This document shows, in pieces, positions 1 to 9,698 of a DNA stretch of 64,000 nucleotides. The stretch's first letter is position 1, and every line of letters starts with the position of its first letter. Below the pieces are notes generated by a model. It was not told the origin of the DNA, searched no databases, and saw nothing but the letters and a program-made list of their open reading frames with translations. The DNA is from an uncultured Acidobacteriota bacterium. Its GTDB lineage: Bacteria > Acidobacteriota > Polarisedimenticolia > J045. Location of the stretch: positions 32,001 through 96,000 of the forward strand of contig CAVPCQ010000003.1 in NCBI GenBank assembly GCA_963702425.1. Direction: 5' to 3'. The position numbers and the translations under genes are program-made.

Positions 1-715
1 CGAGGTAGACCCCGGACGGGTAGGCGTTGATCTCCTCCGGGTCGATCGCGGCGATCTTGGCGACGTAGGCGTCGAGCGTCGCCTCGGAGATGTGGAAGTT
101 GGAGAAGTGCCAGTTGTTCTCCGACATGTCGTGCCGCCAGAACGGCGGCTGCGTCTCCCCCATCGGCACCACCGGGCGGACACCGATCGAGACCCGGGCC
201 TGCTCGCCCGCGATCCCCCACTGCCGGCGCTGCCGCTCCTGGTAGGCCCAGACCCGCTGGTAGCACCCTCTGTCCTTGTAGGTGGTCAGCGGCTTGCCGG
301 TCGTCCCGGAGGTGTTCCCCTTGTACAGCGTGCCGTACTTCCCGGCGCGGTACTCGTCGGAGGCGAAGCGCTCGGGCGCGGCCTTGACCTCCACCTTCTC
401 CGTCACCGGCAACGCGCGGAGGTCCTCGAAGCGCTTCACGTCGCGCGGGTCGAAGCCGAGCTTCGCCCAGAGCTCGCGGTAGTGCGGCACCTGCGCCGCC
501 GCGTAGGCCAGCGTCTCCTGCAGCCGGCCGAGTTCCAGCTCGCGGATCCGTTCGTAGCTCCAGTTCCGCGTCTCCATCAGCGCGGCCAGCGTCCGGTCGT
601 GCTCCGCCCCGTAGCGGCGGCGCTTCAGGATCCAGCCGTAGCCGCTCACCATCAGGTCCTGCAGCGGGACCGGGACGTGCCGGTACACGCCGTAGAGCCG
701 GTCGATCGCACTCAT
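1..715 (-). CDS. Phenylacetate-CoA ligase/CapK-like adenylate-forming enzyme (runs off left edge)
   Basis: Manual translation MSAIDRLYG...VPHYRELW...LPVTEKVEVK...NTSGTTGKPL (P-loop-like motif); ATG overlaps the stop of the upstream gene (ATGA). Confidence 0.85.
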   Translation of the reverse strand, partial: MSAIDRLYGVYRHVPVPLQDLMVSGYGWILKRRRYGAEHDRTLAALMETRNWSYERIRELELGRLQETLAYAAAQVPHYRELWAKLGFDPRDVKRFEDLRALPVTEKVEVKAAPERFASDEYRAGKYGTLYKGNTSGTTGKPLTTYKDRGCYQRVWAYQERQRRQWGIAGEQARVSIGVRPVVPMGETQPPFWRHDMSENNWHFSNFHISEATLDAYVAKIAAIDPEEINAYPSGVYL

Positions 716-1953
716 TCCGCCCCTCCCGCCAGCGTCCGGCTGGCGCGTGCCGTGGCTGAGCGCAGCTCGTCGAAGGCATCCCGGCCGACCAGCGAGCGCA
801 GCACCAGGGGCGGGCTCTGCGAGACGACCGCACCGAAGTGCAACCAGCGCGAGCGCAGGCCGGGGCGGAGCATCGTGATCGACTCCGTCCAGCGGACCTC
901 GTCGGTCCAGCGGAACTTCCAAGGGTCGCGGCCGCGCAGCAGGCACATCTCACGCGCGTGCTCTTCCTCGATCAGCTTCTCGACCACGACGCCGGTCATG
1001 TAGTGGCCGAGCGACCAGCGCTCGTACTGCGGCGTGAACCCCATCTGGTAGCCGTAGTAGACGCCGTCGTGGAGGAAGCCGTAGTGCGAGGCGCCGGGCA
1101 GCCCCTCGATCGTCAGGACCCAGAAGTAGAGTTCTCCGCGCTCCGTCAGGCGAGCCGCGAGCGCGCGGTGGAAGCGCTGGTAATCGTCCTTCTTGAAGTT
1201 CCCGCCGCGGCCCGTCGCTTCCATCCGCGCCTGGTGCAGCCGCGCCAGCAGGTCCATCCCGGCGTCGACGTCGATGTCCTTCCCGACGCGCTTCCACTCG
1301 ACCCCCAGCTCGCGCTCGATCTTCCGCCGGTAGCGGCGCAACTGCTGCCGGAAGTGCGGGTTCCGGGCCGCCATGAACTCGTCGAAGGTGGCGGGAAGCG
1401 GGAGGAACGGGCAGGGCGAGCGGGTCTCGCGCCGCACCAGCGCCAGGCGCTGCTCGCTCCAGACCTGGGCCATCAGCGCCAGCGAGCCCCCCTCCGCCAG
1501 CTCGGAGAACTGCGCGAAGTCCCAGCCCGGATCCGCGAAGAGCCTCGGCGCGAGCGCCGCCGCGACGCGCTCCTCGAACCCCGGGATGCAGAGGGCGTCG
1601 AGGAAGTCGGGGTTCACGACGTCGCCGTAGCCGACGTTGCGCAGCACCCGGACGCGCCCGAGTCGGGTTGGCCGGGGATCGACGTAGAGCGGCACGATCG
1701 CCACCGGCTGGCCGGCGGGATTGCGCACCACGAAAACGCGCCCCTCGCGCGGGGCGCGTCCATCCACGCCCTCGCGGAAGTGCTCCCACCAGGTGTCGGC
1801 GAAGGTCCAGCCGTTGAACACGTTGCGGGTCCGGGAACGCGGCTCGAGCCAGGTCCACTCGGCGCGCAGCGCCGGGAGCGGCGCCACCTCCACCGCCAGG
1901 CCGGATTCACCCGGGCCGGACGGCTGCGCGAGCAGGGATGGGTCCGCGCTCAT
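712..1953 (-). CDS. GNAT family N-acetyltransferase (CelD/BcsL-like)
   Basis: 413 aa; LPATFDEF...FRQQLRRYRRK, YYGYQMGF, SLGHY, LLRGRDPWKFRW motifs typical of this family. Confidence 0.85.
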   Translation of the reverse strand: MSADPSLLAQPSGPGESGLAVEVAPLPALRAEWTWLEPRSRTRNVFNGWTFADTWWEHFREGVDGRAPREGRVFVVRNPAGQPVAIVPLYVDPRPTRLGRVRVLRNVGYGDVVNPDFLDALCIPGFEERVAAALAPRLFADPGWDFAQFSELAEGGSLALMAQVWSEQRLALVRRETRSPCPFLPLPATFDEFMAARNPHFRQQLRRYRRKIERELGVEWKRVGKDIDVDAGMDLLARLHQARMEATGRGGNFKKDDYQRFHRALAARLTERGELYFWVLTIEGLPGASHYGFLHDGVYYGYQMGFTPQYERWSLGHYMTGVVVEKLIEEEHAREMCLLRGRDPWKFRWTDEVRWTESITMLRPGLRSRWLHFGAVVSQSPPLVLRSLVGRDAFDELRSATARASRTLAGGAE

Positions 1954-1954
1954 C

Positions 1955-3154
1955 TCAGCGCGACCCCCGGGAGGCCGCGGGCGGGCGCTCGCCCGTGAGC
2001 GCGGTCGGGCGCCGGATCAGCGGCGCCCAGTCGCGGCCCAGCAGCTCGGCGTAGAGGGCTTCGGTCCGGTCCAGCATCTTCGCCAGGGAATACTCGTCCC
2101 GGGCCCGGGCGGAAGCACGCCGGCCCAGCTCGCGCCGGCGGTCCGGGGCGTCGATCAGCCGCTCGAGGGCCCGTCCGAGGGCCTCCGCGTCGCCCGGCGG
2201 GACCAGCACGCCCGCGCTCCCGCCGTCCAGGGTCTCGGCGTTGCCGCCGGCCTCGGTGGCGACGATCGCCCGCCCCGCGGCCATCGCCTCGAGCAGCGCG
2301 TTGCTCATCCCCTCCGACAGCGACGGCAGCGCGAAGAGGTCGAGCGCGGCCAGCAGGTCGGGGACCTCCGTCACCACGCCCGGCAGCAGCACCCGGCCCT
2401 CCAGCCCCGCCGCGGCGACCTGGCGCCGCAGGTCCTCGCCGTAGCCGCGCGTCAACTCGCCGGCCAGCACCAGCCGGAGCGTCGCGTGGCGCTCGAAGAG
2501 CGGGCGCATCGCGTCGAGCAGGACCGCCTGCCCCTTGACCTTCTTGATCGTCCCGACAGCCCCGACCACGAAGTCCTCGGGCCGCAGGCCGAGGCGGCGG
2601 CGCAGCGGGGCACCGTCCCCGCGCTCGAAGCGCGCCGCGTCGACGCCGTTGGGGATCACGACCACTTTCTTCCGGCTGGCCCCCTCGGCGTGGAGCGTGA
2701 AGCGCGAAACGGCCTCGGAGTTGCAGACGATCCGGTCGACCAGGGCGTTGGTCAGCCGGTAGCCGAGCAGGTGCAACAGGCGGCCGCGCTTGATCGCGCG
2801 GCGCGTCGTGACGACCGCCCACGGCCGCCCGCGGCGCGCGGCCAGCATCCCGTAGAAATCGGCGTCGAACAGGAAGGTGTGGACGATCCGGATCCGCTCG
2901 TGGCGGACCATCTGCGGGATCAGCCGCAGCCGCCGGAGACCGGCGATCGAGCGCGCCCCGCCAGCCAGCCCGAGCTCCTCGACCGGCACCCCGTCCGCCC
3001 GCAGCCGCTCGGCGTACTCGCCCCCGTGCCCGAGCGTGACGACGCGCGGCGCGACGCGGCCGCGCGCCGCGAGCTCACGTGCGAGCGTCATCACGGCGAG
3101 CTCCGTACCGCCCGGCCCGAGGCTGCCGGTGATGAGGAGTACGCGAACCGTCAT
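1955..3154 (-). CDS. Glycosyltransferase family 4
   Basis: GGTE N-terminal motif, IPNGVD, KVKGQ, PSLSEGMSNALLEAMAAG (EX7E). Confidence 0.92.
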   Translation of the reverse strand: MTVRVLLITGSLGPGGTELAVMTLARELAARGRVAPRVVTLGHGGEYAERLRADGVPVEELGLAGGARSIAGLRRLRLIPQMVRHERIRIVHTFLFDADFYGMLAARRGRPWAVVTTRRAIKRGRLLHLLGYRLTNALVDRIVCNSEAVSRFTLHAEGASRKKVVVIPNGVDAARFERGDGAPLRRRLGLRPEDFVVGAVGTIKKVKGQAVLLDAMRPLFERHATLRLVLAGELTRGYGEDLRRQVAAAGLEGRVLLPGVVTEVPDLLAALDLFALPSLSEGMSNALLEAMAAGRAIVATEAGGNAETLDGGSAGVLVPPGDAEALGRALERLIDAPDRRRELGRRASARARDEYSLAKMLDRTEALYAELLGRDWAPLIRRPTALTGERPPAASRGSR

Positions 3155-4494
3155 CGAAGCCCGTCCCGTGCCTGTTCCCGAATCACGAAGCGCCGCTTCC
3201 CCGAGGCCAGCGGCGCGATCTCGTCCTGCTCGCAGAGCTCGACCGCGAGCGCTGGCCCGAGACGCTCGGCCAGGACCGCCCGGACCCGTTCCCTTGCGGC
3301 GTCATCGTAACCCGGCCCGGGGACCAGCCGGACCAGCAGGTGATCGGGCCGGTCCTGCACGACCTGAAACTGCCGGATCGAGCGGTCGAAGGGGCGCAGA
3401 ACGAGCGTGAAGAAGGTCCCGCCGAAGGAGCGGCCGTCGGGGGTCGTGACGACGTCGAGCACGCGACCCTCGATCAACTCCATCCGGCCGAGCGGCCGAC
3501 CACAACGGCACGGTCCGCGGGCAGACCGGGCAAGGTCTTCGATCCGGTAGCGGATCAGGGGCATCACCCGGTTGTCGAGGTCGGTGATCACCAGCTCGCG
3601 CAGGTCGGGGTCCTCGGGAGTCGGCAGGGCCTCGACGAAGAGGCGCATGTCCATCAGGTGCAACCCGCCACCCAGCGGGCAGTCGGCGGCGACCATCCCG
3701 AACTCGCGGCAGGCGTAGCGGTTGCGCACGACGGCGCCGAACAGCTCCTCGAGCTCCGCCCGCACCGGCTCGAACAGCGCTTCCGCCGAGCAGTAGATGA
3801 TCCGCACGCCGAGGCGCCGGCAGAGGTCGCGTCCCCAGCGCCGCGCCAGGTCGAGCAGGATCGAGGGGTACGACGAGATCACCTCCGGGCGCAGCTCGAG
3901 CAGGCGCGCCGCGTAGGCGTCGAGCTCGGCCGGGCCGACGCCGTAGGCGGAAAGGAAGAGGCGGTTCGTCAGGCGGTCGTAGAGCGCCGCGCCGCGCGAC
4001 GGGTTCTGCTCGAGTGAAGCACCCCAGATCGTGGCCGTGCGCGTACCGGGCCGGACACGGTCCCACTCCTCGGTCAGGCGGCCGGCCGCGCGACGCCGGT
4101 CGTGCGCTTCCCCGTCCACCAGGAACCAGACGTTCCGCCCCGTCGAGCCGCCGGTGGACGAGCGCGTCACGCGGCCCGGCTCGGGCTGGGTGCTGGTCAT
4201 CGCCTCGCCGGCGGCGTTGATCAGCTCCTTGGTCGTCACCGGCAGCGCCGCGAGGTGCTCGGGCCGGGTGAAGTCGGCGGGACGCGCCCCGAGCCGGACG
4301 AAGGTCTCGCGCCAGTACGGGACGGTGCGCGCGGCGTGGTCGAGCTGCGCGCGCAGCCGCTCCCAGCGCCAGGTCGCGAACGCCGCGGGGGTCCAGCGCT
4401 CCATCGCGCGGTACTGCGCGAGGAGCTGCGGGTAGCGGCGCCCGGTGCGCCAGGCGATGGCGCGGTCGAGGGCCCGGGCGACGAGCGGGACCAT
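3151..4494 (-). CDS. Phenylacetate-CoA ligase/CapK-like enzyme
   Basis: C-terminal half of ORF 3151..5850 with own ATG at 4494; STGGSTG, RYACREFG, ITDLDNRVMPLIRYRIED, SGKRRF motifs. Confidence 0.85.
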   Translation of the reverse strand: MVPLVARALDRAIAWRTGRRYPQLLAQYRAMERWTPAAFATWRWERLRAQLDHAARTVPYWRETFVRLGARPADFTRPEHLAALPVTTKELINAAGEAMTSTQPEPGRVTRSSTGGSTGRNVWFLVDGEAHDRRRAAGRLTEEWDRVRPGTRTATIWGASLEQNPSRGAALYDRLTNRLFLSAYGVGPAELDAYAARLLELRPEVISSYPSILLDLARRWGRDLCRRLGVRIIYCSAEALFEPVRAELEELFGAVVRNRYACREFGMVAADCPLGGGLHLMDMRLFVEALPTPEDPDLRELVITDLDNRVMPLIRYRIEDLARSARGPCRCGRPLGRMELIEGRVLDVVTTPDGRSFGGTFFTLVLRPFDRSIRQFQVVQDRPDHLLVRLVPGPGYDDAARERVRAVLAERLGPALAVELCEQDEIAPLASGKRRFVIREQARDGLR

Positions 4495-4498
4495 CGCC

Positions 4499-5754
4499 TC
4501 AGATCTCCCCGCCGATCGGCTTGCCGCCCGCGGGGGGACGACGCGCCGGTAGAGCCAGATCGCCTTGATCGGCAGCTCGGCCCAGCCGATGCCGCGGTTC
4601 CGCTCGACCTTGAGCGCGAACGACAGCACCCACGGGAAGATGCTCTCGCTGCCGCGGAAGAAGGAGCTCGCCGAGATCCGCCCGATCCGCGCCGGGTCGG
4701 TCCCGCGGCGGTTGATCGGCTGCTTCGCCCGCGAGGGGAGCGTCGCCGCGAGGTAGCCGGTCGCGGCCAGCAGCGCGAACGCGGCGTCGCAGGTCCCGCC
4801 GTTGGGCCAGCACATGAAGCGCACCGGGCGGCCCGTGATCGCCTCGAGGGCCTCCCGGCTCCCGCGCAGCTCGCCGGCCAGGCGCGCGTCGAGCGCGGCT
4901 GCGTCCTCGGGCCGCGCCGCCGGGGGGTGGCTGGTGCGGTAGCGTTCGGTGAGGGCGCGCAGCTCCTCGCGCCAGCCGGCGCGCTCGAAGAAGGCTGCAC
5001 CCCCGTGCTGCTCGACGTGAGCCGTGAGCAGCCGCTCGAGGCCGGGGTCGGGCGTCACCGCGGGCCCCGCCAGGGCCAGCTCGCTGCGGTAGATCGGCAT
5101 CCCCCACGGCACGCCCGCCGGGTCGATCGCGGTGAACCAGCGCGGCTTCCGCTCCGGATTCCGGTTCCACCAGAGCCAGCGCAGCTGGTGCAGCGGCGTC
5201 TCCGGGTGGTGGAAGTCGACGACCTCCTCGCTGACCGGCAGCCAGGTGTGGGTCCGGCCGTGACTCTGCACGTCCATCAGCCCCGACTGGGCCAGCGCAC
5301 GCAGCTCGCCGCGGTTCATGTAGCCGAAGGCCTCGAGCTCGTCCTCGGCGACGCGGCCGGCCCAGGCGTCCTCGAGCGTCGGCCGCGGCGTCACCTCCGG
5401 CTGTACGAAGTCGCTCGGGACGAAGACGGTTGCGGTGAAACCGTACCTCTTCAGCAGCGGCGCTGCGTAGACCCAGTTGTCGAGATAGCCGTCGTCGAAG
5501 GTCAGGACGATCGGCTTGGCCGGGAGCGCCGCGCCGTGCGCAAGGTGGTCGTGGAGCTGGGCCAGCGAGACGGTGTGAAACCCGCGCCGCTTCATCCAGG
5601 CGAGGTACCCCTCGAACATCGGCGGCGGGCACCAGACCGGAAAGGTCGGCGGCCGGTCCTTCCGGAAGCCGGCGACGGAGTGGAGCATGACGACCGGGAC
5701 GCGCACCGGATGCGTGTCGAGAAGAAGGAGCCGCCTCGGGTGGAACCGGCTCAT
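4499..5754 (-). CDS. Polysaccharide deacetylase (CE4/NodB); probable 1-base indel near 4522
   Basis: MLHSV, LTFDDGYLDN, QSHGRTH, CWPNG motifs; likely true end GGKPIGGEI* in another frame after a G6 run. Confidence 0.85.
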
Positions 5755-6449
5755 CCCAGCTCCGGCATCCGCCGCGCCGGGTTGCCGAACCAGAACTCGC
5801 CCGGCGGGACGTCCTTCAGCACGACCGCGCCGGGGCCGATCTTCGCCCACGCGCCGAGCGTCAGCCCGGGCACGAGGGTGGCATTGGTCTGGACCAGAAC
5901 CCCTTCCCCCAGCGTCACGCGGCCGGTGATGTTGACGCCGGGCGCGATCGTCGCATAGTCGCCCAGGCTGCAGTCGTGGCCGATCGTCGCGTTGAGGTTG
6001 ATCGTCGCGTGGCGGCCGATCACGGTGTCGTGCGCAACGATGACGCCGGCGCCGACGACCGCTCCGTCGCCGATGGTCGTGCCCTGGCCGAGGATCGCCG
6101 AGGGGTGGACCGCGGAGGCGAATGGCACGCCCGCCGCCGCGAGCCGCTCGGCGAGCGTGCGCTTGGCGGCGGGGGTCGAGAGCGCGAGCAGCGCGACGAG
6201 CGGCGCCGCTCCGGGCGCACCCGGGCGCGCCGCGGCGGCCCGCGCGATCAGCCAGTCCACGCCGCCCAGCACCGGCAGCCCGCCGACCGTTGCACCGTGC
6301 CGCGCCGGGTCGTCGTCGACGAACCCCAGCGGCTCGGACGCGTCGAGTCCGGCGGCGCGCCGGGCCCTCACGATCTCGAGCGTCCCCCGGCCGTGATCGC
6401 CCGCGCCGACGAACACGAGCCGTTCGGCTCCCCGCACCTGCTCCGTCAT
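5751..6449 (-). CDS. NeuD/PglD family sugar acetyltransferase
   Basis: GAGDHG, GFVDDD, HPSA, hexapeptide repeats, IGHD, GNPAR. Confidence 0.9.
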   Translation of the reverse strand: MTEQVRGAERLVFVGAGDHGRGTLEIVRARRAAGLDASEPLGFVDDDPARHGATVGGLPVLGGVDWLIARAAAARPGAPGAAPLVALLALSTPAAKRTLAERLAAAGVPFASAVHPSAILGQGTTIGDGAVVGAGVIVAHDTVIGRHATINLNATIGHDCSLGDYATIAPGVNITGRVTLGEGVLVQTNATLVPGLTLGAWAKIGPGAVVLKDVPPGEFWFGNPARRMPELG

Positions 6450-7138
6450 CCGTTCGTCTCCCCGGGCGCCCTCTGGCGTTCCAGTTCCTGCCGCCGCTGC
6501 TTCCAGTAGTCGGCGTCCGCGATCTGGTCGCTCCCCTTCAGGATCGACGGGATCGTCAGCAGGATCGTCTTGACGTCCATCCAGAGCGACAGCCGCGCGA
6601 TGTATGCGAGGTCCAGCCGGATCCGCTCGGGCCAGCGGATCGCGTTGCGCCCATGGACCTGCGCCCAGCCGGTGATGCCAGGACGCACCGCGAGCCGACC
6701 GCGCTGCGCCTCGTCGTAGAGCTCGGCCTGGTAGCGCATCCCCGGCCGCGGGCCGACGATGCTCATGCTGCCTCGCAGGACGTCGAAAACCTGCGCCAGC
6801 TCGTCGAGCGACAGCTTGCGGATCAGCCTCCCGACCCCTGTGATCCGGCGGTCCCCCTTCTCGACCAGGATCCCGGTTCCCGCGTGCTCGGCGCCGACCA
6901 CCATCGAGCGGAACTTCGTCAGGTCGAAGGGGTAGCCGAAGCGGCCGATCCGCTCCTGCCGGTAGAGCACCGGGCCGCCGTCCTCGAGCTTGATCGCCAG
7001 CGCGATCAGCGCCAGCAGCCAGCCGAAGAGCAGGAAGACCGCGACCGCGATCGCCAGGTCGAGCAGGCGCTTGCCGCGCCGCGCGTAGAACCGCGCCGGC
7101 GGCGGGGGGACCCAGCCGAACGGGCCCTGCGGGCTCAT
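6446..7138 (-). CDS. Undecaprenyl-phosphate sugar phosphotransferase (PglC-like initiating transferase)
   Basis: KRLLD, KFRSM, SLDEL, MSIVGPRP, RPGITGWAQVHGRN. Confidence 0.93.
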   Translation of the reverse strand: MSPQGPFGWVPPPPARFYARRGKRLLDLAIAVAVFLLFGWLLALIALAIKLEDGGPVLYRQERIGRFGYPFDLTKFRSMVVGAEHAGTGILVEKGDRRITGVGRLIRKLSLDELAQVFDVLRGSMSIVGPRPGMRYQAELYDEAQRGRLAVRPGITGWAQVHGRNAIRWPERIRLDLAYIARLSLWMDVKTILLTIPSILKGSDQIADADYWKQRRQELERQRAPGETNG

Positions 7139-8382
7139 GGCCTGCTCCCTGCCGCGCGCACCGCGGGGAGGGCCAGCGGTGCGGTCGGGAAGACGAGCAT
7201 CCGTCCGCCGGCGGGGTGCCGAAGGGCGAGGCGCGCGAGGACTTCGTCCCAGGCGCGGGCGTGGAGGTAACCCTCCCAGAACGACTGCCGGATGTCGGGC
7301 GTTCCGACCCCGGGCGCGAAGACGATCAGCTCGCGGCGGCCGAGGTACTCGCGCTGCACCGGGGTGCGGTAGAGCCGCATCCCGGGCCCGTGCAGGCTAT
7401 GGGTGCCGCGTCCCAGCGGGCAGGCCGCGGCGACGATCACCGTGCCGTCGTCGTGCGCGGGGGGCACGCCGGCACTGCGCCAGGCGTTGAACGCGTTGCC
7501 GAGCTGCAGCACCTCGCCATCCTTGGGGTAGGCGCCGAGCAGGACCGCGTCGGCGCCGGGTTCGATCTCGACGCGGTAGGCGCGGCGCGCCAGTTCGACC
7601 GCGGCCCGGTGCGCGGCCACGGGGTGGCCGAAGTAGCAGCCCAGCGGCTCGCGCCGCGCTCCGGGCACGATGTTGAGCACCGCCGCGAGCCCAGCCGCGA
7701 GCGCGATCTCCTCCATCTCGGCCCGCGCGCGGTTCCCCTCGACGACGCCGAGCCCCGCCCCCGACAGCCCGGTCACCGCGGGGCGGTGGTTCATCTCGAG
7801 CGTTTCGATCCCAGCCAGGCCCGGCAACACGATCTTCCCGCCGCCGCCGAACCCGGCGTAGGGGTGCGGCACCACCGAGCCGACCGCGAGCTTCACGTCG
7901 GCCTCGGCGAACAGCCGGTTGATCTTCACCGGCAGGCCGCCCCGCGAGGTCCCGAGGTCGACGAGGTTCTCGTAGGGGTGGTGGTTGCTGACGTCGCAGC
8001 GCGCGAGCACGCGCTCGCCCAGCTTGAGCCGCAGCGCGTCGCGCTGGAGCGGCGCGTGGCCGCCGACCGCGACCAGCACGCGGATCCGCTCCGGGAGGAT
8101 CCCGGCCGCCTCGAGCCGGTCGACGATCGCCTCCAGCGCCGGGGCGACGAGCGCCGGGCGCGTGATGTCCTCGACGGCGACCGCCGCGCTGCGCGCGCCG
8201 CGCGCCAGCTCGGCGAGCCCGGGCGCGCCGATCGGCGCCGCCAGTGCGGCCTCGAGCGACGGGCCGAGGGCGGCGGACGAGACCTCGGCGACGTCGACCG
8301 TCCAGCCGGCCGGCAGCGGCAGTTCGAGGGTGCGCTCGTCGAACCAGGCGCTCCACGGGATCCGCACGACGGGGCGGCTCAT
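7135..8382 (-). CDS. LarA-like nickel-pincer racemase/epimerase (DUF2088)
   Basis: EDITRP, VGGH, VVPHPYAGFGGGGKIVLPGLAG, MNH motifs; start ATG overlaps upstream stop. Confidence 0.8.
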   Translation of the reverse strand: MSRPVVRIPWSAWFDERTLELPLPAGWTVDVAEVSSAALGPSLEAALAAPIGAPGLAELARGARSAAVAVEDITRPALVAPALEAIVDRLEAAGILPERIRVLVAVGGHAPLQRDALRLKLGERVLARCDVSNHHPYENLVDLGTSRGGLPVKINRLFAEADVKLAVGSVVPHPYAGFGGGGKIVLPGLAGIETLEMNHRPAVTGLSGAGLGVVEGNRARAEMEEIALAAGLAAVLNIVPGARREPLGCYFGHPVAAHRAAVELARRAYRVEIEPGADAVLLGAYPKDGEVLQLGNAFNAWRSAGVPPAHDDGTVIVAAACPLGRGTHSLHGPGMRLYRTPVQREYLGRRELIVFAPGVGTPDIRQSFWEGYLHARAWDEVLARLALRHPAGGRMLVFPTAPLALPAVRAAGSRP

Positions 8383-9698
8383 CGGTGCGTCTCCGTCGGG
8401 CCCGGCACCGCGGGTCGCGCGGCGGCCGGGTGGGGGACGGGACGCGGCCCCGCGTCGCCGCCGGCGAGCGGCTCGGCCGGCAGACCCGTCGCGTCGCCGA
8501 AGGCCCGGGTCAGCTCGCGCGCGAGGTCCTCGCGCCGGTAGCGCTCGAGGATGTAGCGCCGTCCCGCGGCGCCCATCCGCTCGCGCCGCGCCGGGTCCAT
8601 CGCCGCCAGCTGGCGGATCGCGTCGGCCAGCAGCTCCGGCACCTCGGGCGGGACGACCAGCCCGCACTGGGCGTCGCGGACCAGCTCGGCCATCTCTCCT
8701 TCGGCGCCGACGACGACCGGCCGCCCGGCAGCGAGGTAGTCGAAGATCTTGTTCGCCAGGACCATCCGCTGGAACGGGTGGTTCCAGGTCACGACGACAC
8801 AGCACGAGGCGCGGCAGAGCTCTTCGAAGGCTTCGGTCTTGGGGAGCGCGCCGGTGAACCGCAGGCGCGTCAGCCCGTGCTTGGCGGCCCGCGCCTCGAG
8901 CGACTCCAGGTCGTCGCCGTCGCCGATGAAGAGGAACTCGATCGACGGCTCATCGGCCAGGATCGCCGCCGCATCGACGACCTGCGCGAGGCCGTTCCAC
9001 CTGCCGTGGGCGCCGCAGTAGACGACCGTGAACCGATCTGCCGGGGCGGCCGGTCGCGGGCGCGAGGCGGCGTCGATCATCCAGTCGTCGACGCCGTTCG
9101 GCACCAGCATCGTCCGGCCGACCGGAACCCCTTCCCGGATCAGTCCCTCCTGGATACCGCGTGTCACCGCGACGACCTTCCCGGCGCGCGCATAGAGCCA
9201 GCGCGCGAGCTTCGCCGCGGCGCGGGCGCCGCGCGAGCGCTCTCTCAGCACGCCGGCGACGATCGCCGACTGCGGCCAGAGGTCGCGGACCTCGAAGAAG
9301 AACGGGACGCCGCGCACGACCGCCGCGAGCCGCCCCGGCAGGCCCACGGTGAGCGGCGTCGAGGAGGCGAAGACGACGTCGGCCGGCCCAGCCCGCACGA
9401 CGCCGATCAGCCCGGCGACGGCGGCGAAGCTGAGGAAGTTGAGGATCCGCTTGCGGTACGAGTCGCGGATCCCGGCGTACGACCAGACCCGCAGCACCCG
9501 GATCCCGTCCACCGTCTCCGCCGTCACGAGCCGCCCGCGGTACTGCTCCGGCACCGTCAGCGTCTTGTGGTTGACGGCGCCGGTGACGATCGTCACCTCG
9601 TGCCCCTGCCGGGTCCAGGCACGCGCGAACTGGTAGGCCCGCGATCCGCCCGGCTCGTGCGGCAGGTTGAAGTACTGCACGAAGTAGAGGATCCGCAT
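8379..9698 (-). CDS. Glycosyltransferase family 4 (WbuB-like)
   Basis: MRILYFVQYF, FEVRDLWP, VPNGVD, NKIFDYLAAGRPV. Confidence 0.9.
   Translation of the reverse strand: MRILYFVQYFNLPHEPGGSRAYQFARAWTRQGHEVTIVTGAVNHKTLTVPEQYRGRLVTAETVDGIRVLRVWSYAGIRDSYRKRILNFLSFAAVAGLIGVVRAGPADVVFASSTPLTVGLPGRLAAVVRGVPFFFEVRDLWPQSAIVAGVLRERSRGARAAAKLARWLYARAGKVVAVTRGIQEGLIREGVPVGRTMLVPNGVDDWMIDAASRPRPAAPADRFTVVYCGAHGRWNGLAQVVDAAAILADEPSIEFLFIGDGDDLESLEARAAKHGLTRLRFTGALPKTEAFEELCRASCCVVVTWNHPFQRMVLANKIFDYLAAGRPVVVGAEGEMAELVRDAQCGLVVPPEVPELLADAIRQLAAMDPARRERMGAAGRRYILERYRREDLARELTRAFGDATGLPAEPLAGGDAGPRPVPHPAAARPAVPGPTETHR

Noticed and set aside
3151-5850. Apparent deacetylase-CoA ligase fusion (899 aa)
   Set aside because: A G6 run near 4522 precedes an alternative-frame ending GGKPIGGEI* followed by GAGG and an ATG at 4494; most likely two genes merged by an indel
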